This document shows positions 54,817 through 64,000 of a stretch of DNA of 64,000 nt, piece after piece. Made by a program: the position numbers and the translations under genes. Below the pieces are notes generated by a model, which saw nothing but the letters and a program-made list of their open reading frames with translations, searched no databases and was not told where the DNA came from. Origin of the DNA: Trueperaceae bacterium (GTDB lineage: Bacteria; Deinococcota; Deinococci; Deinococcales; Trueperaceae); contig OZ243956.1 in the NCBI GenBank assembly GCA_965214405.1, forward strand, positions 3,840,001-3,904,000. Reading direction: 5' to 3'. Each line of letters begins with the position of its first letter. The stretch's first letter is position 1.

Positions 54817-55466
54817 CGGTGACACGTGGAGCACTGCGGGAGCTTGTTCGTGTTGATGTGGTAGCTCTGCACCAGGCTTCGTCCTAACTCTTCTTGATTG
54901 GCGGGGGGTTCGTAAGCGAGATTAAACACTTCTTCGCGGGGCCGGACGTAATTTTCGGGCGCGCGGTGGCATTCCAAGCACCAGCCCATCGTCATCGACT
55001 CGGCTTTCCAGATGCCGCCCATCTGGTCGACGCGGCCGTGGCAGTAGTTGCAGCCGACGCCGTTGTTGATGTGCGCGGCGTGGTTGAAGTAAACGAAGTC
55101 GGCGAGCTTGTGAACCCCGTTCCACTTGATGGGCCGGTCGTTCTCCCAACTTTCCCAGACAGCGGCGAGCTGCGGCGTGCCGACCCGAATCTGTGAGTGG
55201 CACGTCATGCAGACTTCAGTGGGCGGGACGTTGGCGTAGGCCGCCACCTCGACCGAAGTGTGGCAGTAGCGGCAATCCACCCCGAGTTCGCCCGCGTGAA
55301 GCGCGTGCTGAAAGCCCACGGGCTGCGCGACGGGCACGCCCACCTGATTTTTGGTGGTGCGGGCGAAGGCGGTAAGAGCGAGCATCATCAACACGATAAA
55401 AATCGCCCCTCCCCAAATGGCCCATTTGGTAAAGGCGTTGGCGTTAGGCGGAAACTGCTGGGGCAT
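54813..55466 (-). CDS. actA: Alternative complex III pentahaem cytochrome c
   Basis: N-terminal TM and five CxxCH motifs (CRYCH, CMTCH, CNYCH, CLECH, CSTCH). Confidence 0.95.
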
Positions 55467-56180
55467 CAGACCTCCTCATGACACTCCTCGTGACTACACG
55501 CGAGAAGACGCTTCTCATAAACACGTGTTGTGGGCTCGAGCTCAACGCATGAAATCCCTCGCCGGTTGGGCTAAAACGTAAAATAAGTTTCACCAGATGC
55601 TCATAACAACGATAAACGGACCCATACGGAAGATGAGGTTTTCGCATCATCCCTGTTTTACCTCCCCTTGATAGTTTAGCGACCCCCCACCCTTGGCGAC
55701 GCGTCACTACAGTAGAACTAACCTAAGCTACCATAGATGCTCTAGCGCGTCCGGGGGACAAATGTCCTCTAAACGTGCCCCTGCAGGGGGTAAGGTAAAG
55801 GGTTTACAAAGTGGGTAAAAGGGACTGCGTCTACTATCTACTCACGGCGGAACAGCGAAACCGTACAGAAAACCGCACAAAAATTACGGAGCGCCGCGGC
55901 TCCCACCTTGGCGCTCCTGCGTCCTCGTCCCAGTGTCTCTTCCGCCTTTAAGATAGCACGCTCTGGACAAACAGCATATGAAGTTCCTGAGAACGTCTCG
56001 AGAATTGAGGCAAATGTAAGGTTACGGAGTGAGAGCCCGAACGTACATTTTCTCACTTCATGACCCTACTTGTTTTGCAAACTTCCCTGCCTGTACCCTT
56101 CTTTCGCCTGCCGCCATGACTTTCACCGCAACCTTCACCTTGACGCCTATACGTCCTCCCGCGCCCGCTATACTCTCTCC

Positions 56181-57230
56181 ATGATTCCTATTTTCGACGG
56201 TCACAACGACACCCTGTTGAGCCTCACCACGCCACGCGGCGAGGGCCGCTCTTTTTTTGAGCGTTCTTCGGTCGGTCATATCGACCTGCCCAGGGCCTTG
56301 GAGGGTGGTTTGGCGGGCGGCTTTTTTGCCATTTTCGTGCCCAAAGGAAATGAGCTCGATAACAAAGACAACATCATCCTCACCGACAGGGGCTACCGTT
56401 TTCCGTTGGCGGACTCCATCGACGCTGAGACGGCTCGAGCGGGAACGCAGAGGATGATGGACGCGCTTTTTGAGCTCGAAAGAACCTCAAACGGTAAGCT
56501 CGAGGTCGTGCGAACCGCAGACGCGTTAGAAGCGTGCCTCAGCAGGGGCGTGCTCGCGGCCATTCTGCATTTCGAGGGCGCGGAAGCGCTGGACGATGCG
56601 GGGGGGCTCGAGCATTATTACGTCCAGGGCCTGCGCTCGCTGGGCCTCGTCTGGAGCCGCCCTAATAGATTCGGCCACGGCGTCCCCTTTGAATATCCCG
56701 CCTCCCCCGACACCGGCCCCGGCTTGACGGACGAAGGCAAAAAGTTGGTCAAGGAATGTAACCGTTTGGGCGTGATGATCGACCTTTCGCACCTCAACGA
56801 AAAGGGATTTTGGGACGTGGCGGAACTCAGTAATGCGCCCCTGGTCGCCACCCATTCGAACGCGCACGCGCTTTCTCCCGTGCCGCGCAACCTCACCGAC
56901 GGGCAGTTGGGGAGGATTCGGGAGAGCGACGGGATGGTCGGCGTGAATTTCGCGGTGAGCTTTTTACGCGAGGACGCTGCCAATGATGCGGATACGACGC
57001 TCGAGACCGCCTTACGCCACTTCGACTATCTGATTGACCGCCTAGGCGTCGACCGCGTCGGCTTCGGCTCGGACTTTGACGGGGCCACCATGCCCTACGG
57101 CATCAAAGACGTGTCGGGGTTGCCGAACTTGGTGACGGTCATGCGCAAGCACGGCTATGACGACGCGACGCTGCGCAAGTTGGGGTATGAGAACTGGCTG
57201 CGGGTGCTGAGGAAAACCTGGCGGGAGTGA
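56181..57230 (+). CDS. M19 family dipeptidase
   Basis: IFDGHND, HFEGAE, IDLSH, ATHSN, GSDFDG; TATACT 6 nt before ATG 56181. Confidence 0.93.
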   Translation: MIPIFDGHNDTLLSLTTPRGEGRSFFERSSVGHIDLPRALEGGLAGGFFAIFVPKGNELDNKDNIILTDRGYRFPLADSIDAETARAGTQRMMDALFELERTSNGKLEVVRTADALEACLSRGVLAAILHFEGAEALDDAGGLEHYYVQGLRSLGLVWSRPNRFGHGVPFEYPASPDTGPGLTDEGKKLVKECNRLGVMIDLSHLNEKGFWDVAELSNAPLVATHSNAHALSPVPRNLTDGQLGRIRESDGMVGVNFAVSFLREDAANDADTTLETALRHFDYLIDRLGVDRVGFGSDFDGATMPYGIKDVSGLPNLVTVMRKHGYDDATLRKLGYENWLRVLRKTWRE

Positions 57231-57296
57231 CTATTCGTTCGCACACGGTTTAATCGCCCTTTCGCGTCCTTTGCGTTTGTGATTGGAGGCTCGAGC

Positions 57297-57914
57297 ATGA
57301 AAAGATTCGTTCCAGGGCTTGTGGGCGTAGCGTCCGGTCTGGTTTCCACACTTCTGTCTCCTGTCGCTTTTTTTACTCCTCTTTTTGGGACAAATTCTCT
57401 CCTCGTTTGGCTGATTGGCCTGTGTTTTGCGCTCGCGTCGTTTTTGGTACCCGAATTTAGGCATCTCGCGCGGCGCGGTCTCTGGCTGCTCGCCTGTACG
57501 GTGGGTTTCGGATTGGCGTTTCACACCTTTAGTTTGGGTTTAGATGTCGCCCACTATTTGGGCGTGATTCCCGCCCTGACCTTTTGGCTCGCCCTGCCCA
57601 TTGCGGGCGTGGTGGGTGCGGTTCTCCCCACGCTCGTTTTGCGCGTTCACTCACCCCTCCTGCGCGGTGGCGGCTTCTGGCTGACCTTGCTTTTGTCGGG
57701 TATGTTGAGCCTTCCGGGTGTGCTGGCATTTCCGGATACACTGGGAGTTCCGGGATTTCCGGGCGCGCTGGGAGTTCCGGACATGACGGGATTTATGAAC
57801 TTTATTTTCGCTCCGTACCTGTTGCCTCTACCGCTTTTTGTCGTCTGGCAGGCCGGTATGCTCATGTGGTACACGTCGCGTTTACCCGAAAGATTCACCG
57901 AAGAATCCGCTTAG
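57297..57914 (+). CDS. Hypothetical polytopic membrane protein
   Basis: GGAGG SD; about six hydrophobic segments. Confidence 0.65.
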   Translation: MKRFVPGLVGVASGLVSTLLSPVAFFTPLFGTNSLLVWLIGLCFALASFLVPEFRHLARRGLWLLACTVGFGLAFHTFSLGLDVAHYLGVIPALTFWLALPIAGVVGAVLPTLVLRVHSPLLRGGGFWLTLLLSGMLSLPGVLAFPDTLGVPGFPGALGVPDMTGFMNFIFAPYLLPLPLFVVWQAGMLMWYTSRLPERFTEESA

Positions 57915-58009
57915 GCGGCTCGAGCCTCCCCTCTAAACTTTCCCAAATCCCCAAGTGGTAATCTCTAAACGTTTGCGCTAATTTCTCTTGCATCACGGGA
58001 GGTGCGTCG

Positions 58010-61000
58010 GTGGCTGACAAGGGCTATTATCACAACCCCACGCTGTTTGGGGACAAAATCGTTTTTGTATGTGAGGATGACCTCTGGGAGGTGCCCGCAG
58101 GTGGCGGGGTGGCGCGGCGTCTCACCGCGAATCCGGGCCGGGTGCTCAACGCGGCGTTTCCAAAAGACGGTGAGACGCTGGCCTTTACGGGCCGCGACGA
58201 GGGTGATAGCGAGGTCTACGTGATGCCCGCCGCGGGGGGAGCCGCCGAAAGGCTCACTTATTTGGGTGGAGACGCGCAAGTGGTGGGCTGGACGCCGGAC
58301 GGTAAGGTTGTGTTTGCGAGCAACACCGCCGCGCCCTTTTCGCGTCTCTTCCGGCTCTACACCGTCCCGGCAACGGGCGGCGAGCCCGCCGAACTGCCGA
58401 CGGGTCCGGCCTCGAGCCTCTCCTACGGCCCAAGCGGGGGCCGAGTCATCGCGCGCAACACGACCGACCTCGCGCGCTGGAAACGCTACCGGGGCGGGCT
58501 GACCGGAGACGTGTGGATAGACGTTAGGGGAGACGGCGACTGGACGAGGCTGTTGGAGCCGGATGGCAACGTCGCCACGCCTCTGTGGGTGGGGGAACGC
58601 ATCTATTTCGTGTCGGACGTTGAAGGTGTCGGTAATCTTTACTCGTGTACACCCGCGGGTGACGACGAGCGCCGCCACACGCACCACGCCGACTATTACG
58701 TGCGCTACCCCGCCACCGACGGACGCCGCATCATCTATCAGGCGGGGGCGGACCTGTATCTTTTTGACCCGGAGGAGGGGGAGAGCCGTCCCGTAGAGGT
58801 CGCCTTTCACAGCCCCAGGGCGCAACGCAAACGCAAGTTTGTCGAGGCCGCTACGTATTTAGAAGACTACACGCTCGACCCCGAAGGGCGCGCGGTCGCG
58901 CTGACGACGCGGGGGCAAGCCTTCTTGGTGGGTCTGTGGGAGGGGGCGGCGCTCCGCTACGGTGAGGAGGTGGGCGTCCGTTATCGCCTGCCGACGTACC
59001 TTCATGACGGAACGCGGCTAGCCCTCATCAGCGACGCGGGGGGTGAGGACGCGCTCGAGCTTCATTCCGCCGACGCCTTGGAAGAACCCGTGCGCCTCAA
59101 CCTCGAGCTTGGCCGACCCCTCACCATGACCGCCTCACCCACGGAGGACAAGCTGGCGCTGACCAATCACCGTTACGAACTTGTGCTGGTAGACGTATCG
59201 GCGGGCGCGGCGACGGTCATCGACTCGAGCCCCCACGCCCCCATCCAGGGCGTCGCCTGGTCGCCCGACGGTCGCTGGTTGGCTTACGGCTTTCACGACA
59301 CGTTCGAAACGTCTCTTATCAAGCTCTGCCGCGTGGACACGGGCGAGACGTTCGCCGTCACGCGGCCCGTGCTGTGGGACGGTCAGCCTGCCTTCGACCC
59401 GGCGGGCCGCTACCTCTACTTTCTCTCCTACCGGAACTTCAACCCGGTCTACGACAGCATCGGCTTTAATCTGGGCTTTCCCAAAGGCGGGCGGCCCTTT
59501 TTAATCACGCTCCAGGCGGATGCGTTCTCGCCGTTTGCGAAGACGCTCGAGGCGGACAAAGAGGAAAAGGACAAAGCAGGGGAAGAGGACAAAACGCCTC
59601 TCCGCATTGACTTAGGCGGCATCATGGACCGGCTCGTCGCCTTTCCTGTGCCCGAAGGCCGCTACACACAAGTGCGCGGGCTAAAAAACAAGGTGCTCTT
59701 CTCGTCCCTGCCGGTCGAGGGCGCGCTCGAGACGAACTGGTTCTCGTTCGGCCCGCCGCCCGCCAAGGCGAAGCTCGAGGTTTACGATTTCGCCGAGCAG
59801 AAGCGCGAGACGCTGGTTGACGGCATTACTGACTTTGAGGTGTCCGGGAACGCGGAAAAGATTGCGTACCGCGCGGGCGACCGGCTGCGGGTGCTAACGG
59901 CGGGCGAGAAGCCGAACGAGGAAGAGGAGCCTGGGCGCAAGAGCGGGTGGCTCGAGCTGGGCCGCGTCAAGGTTTCGGTTATGCCGCCCGCGGAGTGGGC
60001 GCAAATCTACTGCGACGCCTGGCGGCGGCAGCGCGACCACTTCTGGACTGCGGACATGTCGGGCGTCGATTGGGAAGGCGTATACGCGCGTTATCTGCCG
60101 CTTTTGGGACGCGTCGGCACCAGGGCTGAGTTTTCCGACCTCTTGTGGGAGATGCAGGGCGAGCTGGGCACCTCCCACGCCTACGAGTTTGGCGGCGACT
60201 ACCGGGAGGAGCCGAGCTATCCGCAAGGCTTTTTGGGCGCGGATTTAGCCTATGACGCCGAGTCTGAGGGCTACCTCGTCCAGCACATCGTCCGGGGCGA
60301 CGTTTGGGATGAGACGAGCGGGTCGCCGCTCCTCCGTCCCGGCGTCAACGTCCGCGTGGGCGACCGTTTGCTGGCGGTGAACGGTCGCCGCGTGGGTGAA
60401 GAAGTCCCGCCCGCCGCGCTGCTGGTCCACCAGGCCGAGAGCGAGGTTGTCTTAACCCTCGCGCCCGCCGACGGGGGTGCGCCGCGTAGGGTCACGGTCA
60501 AAACGCTGCGCGACGAGCGCCCGGCCCGCTACCGCGACTGGGTCGAGCGCAACCGCGCCTTTGTCCATGAAGCGTCAGATGGCAGGGTAGGCTATATCCA
60601 CATCCCAGACATGGGGCCGCAGGGGTTTGCCGAGTTTCACCGCGCCTTTTTTGCGGAGGTGAACCGCGAGGGTTTGCTTATAGACGTGCGCTGGAACGGG
60701 GGCGGGCACGTGTCGGGGCTGCTGCTCGAGCGGCTCGCCCGCCGCCGCCTCGGCTACAGCGTCCCGCGCCGCGGTGAGCCGCAGCCCTACCCCGACCTCT
60801 CACCGATGGGACCGATGGTCGCTCTCACCAACGAGCAAGCGGGCTCCGACGGCGACATCTTTTCGCACGCCTTTAAGATGATGGGTTTGGGGCCGCTGCT
60901 GGGCAAACGCACCTGGGGTGGCGTCGTGGGCATCAACGTGACCGGGCAACTTTTGGACGGCAGCGTGACGACGCAGCCCGAGTTCTCCTTTTGGTTCAAG

Positions 61001-61207
61001 GACGTGGGCTGGGGCGTCGAGAACTACGGCACGGACCCCGACATCGAGGTTGACCTGAGACCGCAGGATGACGTGGCGGGACGGGATGCACAGTTAGAAC
61101 GTGCGGTGGAGGAATTGAAACGCCTCCTTCAAACACCCTCCCAGCGCCCCGACTTTGGCGAACGCCCCGACCTGGCCCCGCTGCCTCTGCCGGAATCCAG
61201 CGTCTAG
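58010..61207 (+). CDS. Tricorn-like S41 protease
   Basis: Beta-propeller repeats, WKRYRGG, GELGTSH, PDZ, GYIHIPDM, AGSDGD, GKRTWGG. Confidence 0.95.
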   Translation: MADKGYYHNPTLFGDKIVFVCEDDLWEVPAGGGVARRLTANPGRVLNAAFPKDGETLAFTGRDEGDSEVYVMPAAGGAAERLTYLGGDAQVVGWTPDGKVVFASNTAAPFSRLFRLYTVPATGGEPAELPTGPASSLSYGPSGGRVIARNTTDLARWKRYRGGLTGDVWIDVRGDGDWTRLLEPDGNVATPLWVGERIYFVSDVEGVGNLYSCTPAGDDERRHTHHADYYVRYPATDGRRIIYQAGADLYLFDPEEGESRPVEVAFHSPRAQRKRKFVEAATYLEDYTLDPEGRAVALTTRGQAFLVGLWEGAALRYGEEVGVRYRLPTYLHDGTRLALISDAGGEDALELHSADALEEPVRLNLELGRPLTMTASPTEDKLALTNHRYELVLVDVSAGAATVIDSSPHAPIQGVAWSPDGRWLAYGFHDTFETSLIKLCRVDTGETFAVTRPVLWDGQPAFDPAGRYLYFLSYRNFNPVYDSIGFNLGFPKGGRPFLITLQADAFSPFAKTLEADKEEKDKAGEEDKTPLRIDLGGIMDRLVAFPVPEGRYTQVRGLKNKVLFSSLPVEGALETNWFSFGPPPAKAKLEVYDFAEQKRETLVDGITDFEVSGNAEKIAYRAGDRLRVLTAGEKPNEEEEPGRKSGWLELGRVKVSVMPPAEWAQIYCDAWRRQRDHFWTADMSGVDWEGVYARYLPLLGRVGTRAEFSDLLWEMQGELGTSHAYEFGGDYREEPSYPQGFLGADLAYDAESEGYLVQHIVRGDVWDETSGSPLLRPGVNVRVGDRLLAVNGRRVGEEVPPAALLVHQAESEVVLTLAPADGGAPRRVTVKTLRDERPARYRDWVERNRAFVHEASDGRVGYIHIPDMGPQGFAEFHRAFFAEVNREGLLIDVRWNGGGHVSGLLLERLARRRLGYSVPRRGEPQPYPDLSPMGPMVALTNEQAGSDGDIFSHAFKMMGLGPLLGKRTWGGVVGINVTGQLLDGSVTTQPEFSFWFKDVGWGVENYGTDPDIEVDLRPQDDVAGRDAQLERAVEELKRLLQTPSQRPDFGERPDLAPLPLPESSV

Positions 61208-61240
61208 GTTTAGAACCTTTGAAGCTTTGACAAGAACATA

Positions 61241-61267
61241 CAGGGGATGCTCGTTCAGCATCCCCTG
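61241..61267. terminator. Strong hairpin after the tricorn gene
   Basis: CAGGGGATGCT-CGTTC-AGCATCCCCTG; no U-tract on the + strand. Confidence 0.5.
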
Positions 61268-61380
61268 AAAACATTTGAGCAGAAGGAGAAGGCCGTCTTT
61301 TCTTGTCCAGCAGCGAGAGGTCGGTAAAAACCCTTCTCCTTGACTGAGCTGTTCTTCTGTAGCCTTGGTGACAAAACAAC

Positions 61381-61415
61381 TATAATACCTCGAATACTCT
61401 TAACCTTCGAAGTAT
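61381..61415 (+). promoter_or_regulatory. -10 box and candidate MarR operator
   Basis: TATAAT at 61381; inverted repeat ATACCTCGAA-N11-TTCGAAGTAT (9/10) reaching the start codon. Confidence 0.5.
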
Positions 61416-62028
61416 GTCTGTCTCCACCAACCAGACCAAGCGTCTGTCCGCTTCATTTCACGCCTTTCACCGGAGCGTCATGCGCCGCACCATGCCGCAG
61501 ATGATGGCGTTTGTCAAGGAGGAGGGGCTGTCGATGCCGCAGATGGGGACGCTCTTTTTTCTGCGGGGGGGGCCGGGGACGGTTTCGGCTATCGCGGAGC
61601 ATCTGGACTTGTCGCTCGCGGCGACGAGTCACCTCATCGAGCGGCTGGTGCAGCGGGAGCTGGTCGTCCGCTTCGAAAACCCCGCCGACCGCCGCCAAAA
61701 GTGTGTCGAGTTGTCTCCTGCCGGGTTGGCCTTTTTAGACGCGGCGGACGCGCGGGCCGCTGCTGCGTTGGAGGGCGTCCTCGAGACCGCCATTCAGGAG
61801 ATGCCGCCGCCCCTCATAGAAGCGTTCGAGGAGGCGCTGGCGGGTGTGGTCAGGGCGCTCTCGGAGGAGGGGACTGAGGGAGATGAAGCGAAGCTCGAGC
61901 CGCAAAGTACATGTCAACAAAGCCAGGAGGAACATGTGACCAAGAAGAACGCAAAAACCAGGGGCGACCCGACTGAACACCTGACTGAACACCCGACTAA
62001 ACAGGGCCGCGGAGGTGTCGATGAGTGA
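61414..62028 (+). CDS. MarR family transcriptional regulator
   Basis: TVSAIAEHLDLSLAATSHLIERLVQRELV...DRRQKCVELSPAG. Confidence 0.9.
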   Translation: MSVSTNQTKRLSASFHAFHRSVMRRTMPQMMAFVKEEGLSMPQMGTLFFLRGGPGTVSAIAEHLDLSLAATSHLIERLVQRELVVRFENPADRRQKCVELSPAGLAFLDAADARAAAALEGVLETAIQEMPPPLIEAFEEALAGVVRALSEEGTEGDEAKLEPQSTCQQSQEEHVTKKNAKTRGDPTEHLTEHPTKQGRGGVDE

Positions 62029-63031
62029 GGCTGCCATCTACGTCGAGGATGTGCGTAAGAGTTTCGGCAAGGTCAAAGCTTTGGAGGGCGTGAGTCTCGA
62101 GGCCAGGGCAGGAAAGGTCTTTGGCCTGTTAGGCCCCAACGGCGCGGGCAAAACGACGCTGGTCCGCATCCTCACCACCCTCCTCAAACTCGACTCGGGC
62201 GTGGCGCGGGTGCTCGGGCGCGACGTGACGACCGACGCCGAGGCGCTGCGCGGGCTTATCGGGCTCGCGGGCCAGTACGCCGCGGTGGACGAAAACTTGA
62301 CCGGGCGCGAGAACTTGGAGATGGTCGGGCGGCTTTACCATTTGGGACGCCGGGAGGCCAAAAGGCGGGCTTCGGGGGTGCTCGAGCGCTTTTCCCTAGA
62401 GGACGCCGCCGACCGCCCCGCCAAAACCTATTCGGGCGGGATGCGCCGCCGTCTGGACTTGGGCGCGAGCCTAGTCGGTGAGCCGCAGGTGCTCTTTTTG
62501 GACGAGCCCACCACGGGCCTAGACCCGCGTTCGCGCATCGAGATGTGGGGGTCCATCAAAGAACTCGTGGCGGGCGGCACCACGCTTTTGCTCACCACCC
62601 AGTACCTAGAAGAGGCCGACGAGTTGGCCGACCGAATCGCCGTCATCGACGACGGACGCGTGATCGCCGAGGGCACCGCGGACGAACTCAAATCGCGTTT
62701 GGCGAGCGACGTTTTGGAGGTCAAGGTCGAAGCTGCGGACCTCTCGAGAGCCGCCGACGCGCTCCGCAAGATCGGCACGGACGCGCCGCAACGAGACGAA
62801 GACACAGGCCGCCTCACCCTGCCCGTCGCGGAGGGCGCGCAAAGTTTGATCGAAGCGGTGCGTGCGCTTGACGAGGCGGGCGTGGTCTTGACCGACCTCA
62901 GCCTGCGCCGCCCTTCGCTCGACGACGTGTTTTTGGCGCTCACGGGCGAGGCCAGCAAATCTCAGTTAGGCACGTCTAAACCGGCAAGGAGTGAAGGAAC
63001 CGAAAGAAAACGCGAAGAGAGGATTTTATGA
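62021..63031 (+). CDS. DrrA-type ABC exporter ATP-binding protein
   Basis: GPNGAGKT, YSGGMRRR, FLDEPTTGLD, LTTQYLEEAD. Confidence 0.95.
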   Translation: MSEAAIYVEDVRKSFGKVKALEGVSLEARAGKVFGLLGPNGAGKTTLVRILTTLLKLDSGVARVLGRDVTTDAEALRGLIGLAGQYAAVDENLTGRENLEMVGRLYHLGRREAKRRASGVLERFSLEDAADRPAKTYSGGMRRRLDLGASLVGEPQVLFLDEPTTGLDPRSRIEMWGSIKELVAGGTTLLLTTQYLEEADELADRIAVIDDGRVIAEGTADELKSRLASDVLEVKVEAADLSRAADALRKIGTDAPQRDEDTGRLTLPVAEGAQSLIEAVRALDEAGVVLTDLSLRRPSLDDVFLALTGEASKSQLGTSKPARSEGTERKREERIL

Positions 63032-63849
63032 GTGTCTCTTCCGCCCCCCGCACCCGCGCGCCCGGCCCCCTGCGCCGCTTCGGCTGGACCTTTACCGACA
63101 CGCTCGTCGTCGCGCAGCGTAACCTGCTGCGTTACGTCCGGCTGCCCCAGCTTTTGGTTTTTTCGACCGTCCAGCCCGTGATGTTCGTGCTCCTTTTTGC
63201 CTTCGTGTTTGGCGGAGCCATCCAGACGCCCGGCGTGGACTACATCAACTACCTCATCCCCGGTATTTTGGTGCAAACGGTACTCTTTGGCGCGTCACAG
63301 ACGACGGTCGGCTTGGCTGACGACTTGTCGCGGGGCATGATCGACCGCTTCCGCTCCCTGCCGATGGCGAGGAGCGCGGTCTTGGCGGGCCGCACCCTGG
63401 CCGACAGCGTCCGCAACGTGTTCGTCGTGCTGCTGATGGTCGGAGTGGGCGCGCTCATCGGCTTTAGATTTCAGGGAGGATTTTGGGAGGCGGTTGGCTC
63501 GATTGCCTTGGTCGTCTTTTTCGGCTTTGCCTTTTCCTGGATTTCGGCGCTCATCGGGCTCGCCGTCAAGGACCCCGAGACGGCGCAGGTCGCGGGTTTC
63601 ATCTGGATTTTCCCACTCGTCTTCGCCTCGTCGGCCTTTGTGCCGGTTCAGACGATGCCCGACTGGCTCCAGGCTTTTGCCAAGATTCAGCCCATCTCGG
63701 TCACGGTCAACGCGGTGCGCCTCCTCACCTCGGGCGGTCAGGCCCCCGGCGTGGCCTGGAGCGACGTGTGGTGGGCGCTCGCCTGGGCGGTGGGCATCCT
63801 CGTGGTGTTCGTGCCCCTCGCGGTGGCGCAGTACCGGCGGAGCACCTAA
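63028..63849 (+). CDS. DrrB-type ABC-2 permease
   Basis: QPVMFVLLF, GMIDRFRSLPMAR, FASSAFVP. Confidence 0.93.
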   Translation: MSVSSAPRTRAPGPLRRFGWTFTDTLVVAQRNLLRYVRLPQLLVFSTVQPVMFVLLFAFVFGGAIQTPGVDYINYLIPGILVQTVLFGASQTTVGLADDLSRGMIDRFRSLPMARSAVLAGRTLADSVRNVFVVLLMVGVGALIGFRFQGGFWEAVGSIALVVFFGFAFSWISALIGLAVKDPETAQVAGFIWIFPLVFASSAFVPVQTMPDWLQAFAKIQPISVTVNAVRLLTSGGQAPGVAWSDVWWALAWAVGILVVFVPLAVAQYRRST

Positions 63850-63914
63850 AAAGGGTGAGGTTACTGGGTCCGGCGGTTTGAAGTAGGCTCTGAAAATCTG
63901 TGAAACGGCAACAA

Positions 63915-63950
63915 AAAAGTGCAGGAATTACCTGCACTTTTACTTTTTTT
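63915..63950 (+). terminator. Rho-independent terminator, possibly bidirectional
   Basis: AAAAGTGCAGG-AATTA-CCTGCACTTTT followed by ACTTTTTTT. Confidence 0.85.
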
Positions 63951-64000
63951 GGTGAGGGCTCGAGCCCTCTACTTTGTCCTAAGCTGTTTAGACAGTTCTG

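Noticed and set aside
55444..56056. Short ORFs in the actA-dipeptidase intergenic region
   Set aside because: No SD or leaderless signal and no protein-like motifs; better read as regulatory DNA.
56181..61207. Tricorn and dipeptidase as a dedicated proteolytic operon
   Set aside because: They are separated by an unrelated membrane gene and spacers; adjacency alone is weak evidence.

Overview
High-GC bacterial chromosomal window, most consistent with Deinococcota (Trueperaceae-like). This is inferred from gene content and from many genes with a -10 box sitting 5-7 nt before the start codon. Content is mostly housekeeping and metabolic: recQ, hpt, a deoD-type phosphorylase, a DHH/CBS tRNA nucleotidyltransferase, trmL, rpe, ilvD, tctCBA, a pullulanase, a seven-gene alternative complex III (actABCDEFG) operon, a tricorn protease and a MarR-DrrAB-type efflux operon. 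There is also a Roadblock/PP2C/Ser-Thr kinase signalling neighbourhood. Accessory content: four toxin-antitoxin loci (two with a decayed toxin), a 920-bp IS5-family element that splits an aldo/keto reductase, and a 117-bp MITE sharing that IS's ends. The most notable unexplained signals are (1) a ~125-nt promoter-driven leader at 9120-9244 with alternative pairings, one burying the Shine-Dalgarno, ahead of an uncharacterised protein; (2) roughly ten-fold over-representation of the palindrome CTCGAG, often as (G)GCTCGAGC(C), like a highly iterated palindrome; (3) a site-2 protease paired with a paralogue that has lost HExxH; (4) the IS/MITE pair. No rRNA, tRNA or CRISPR array was seen. All family calls come from motif recognition by eye, not database searches.
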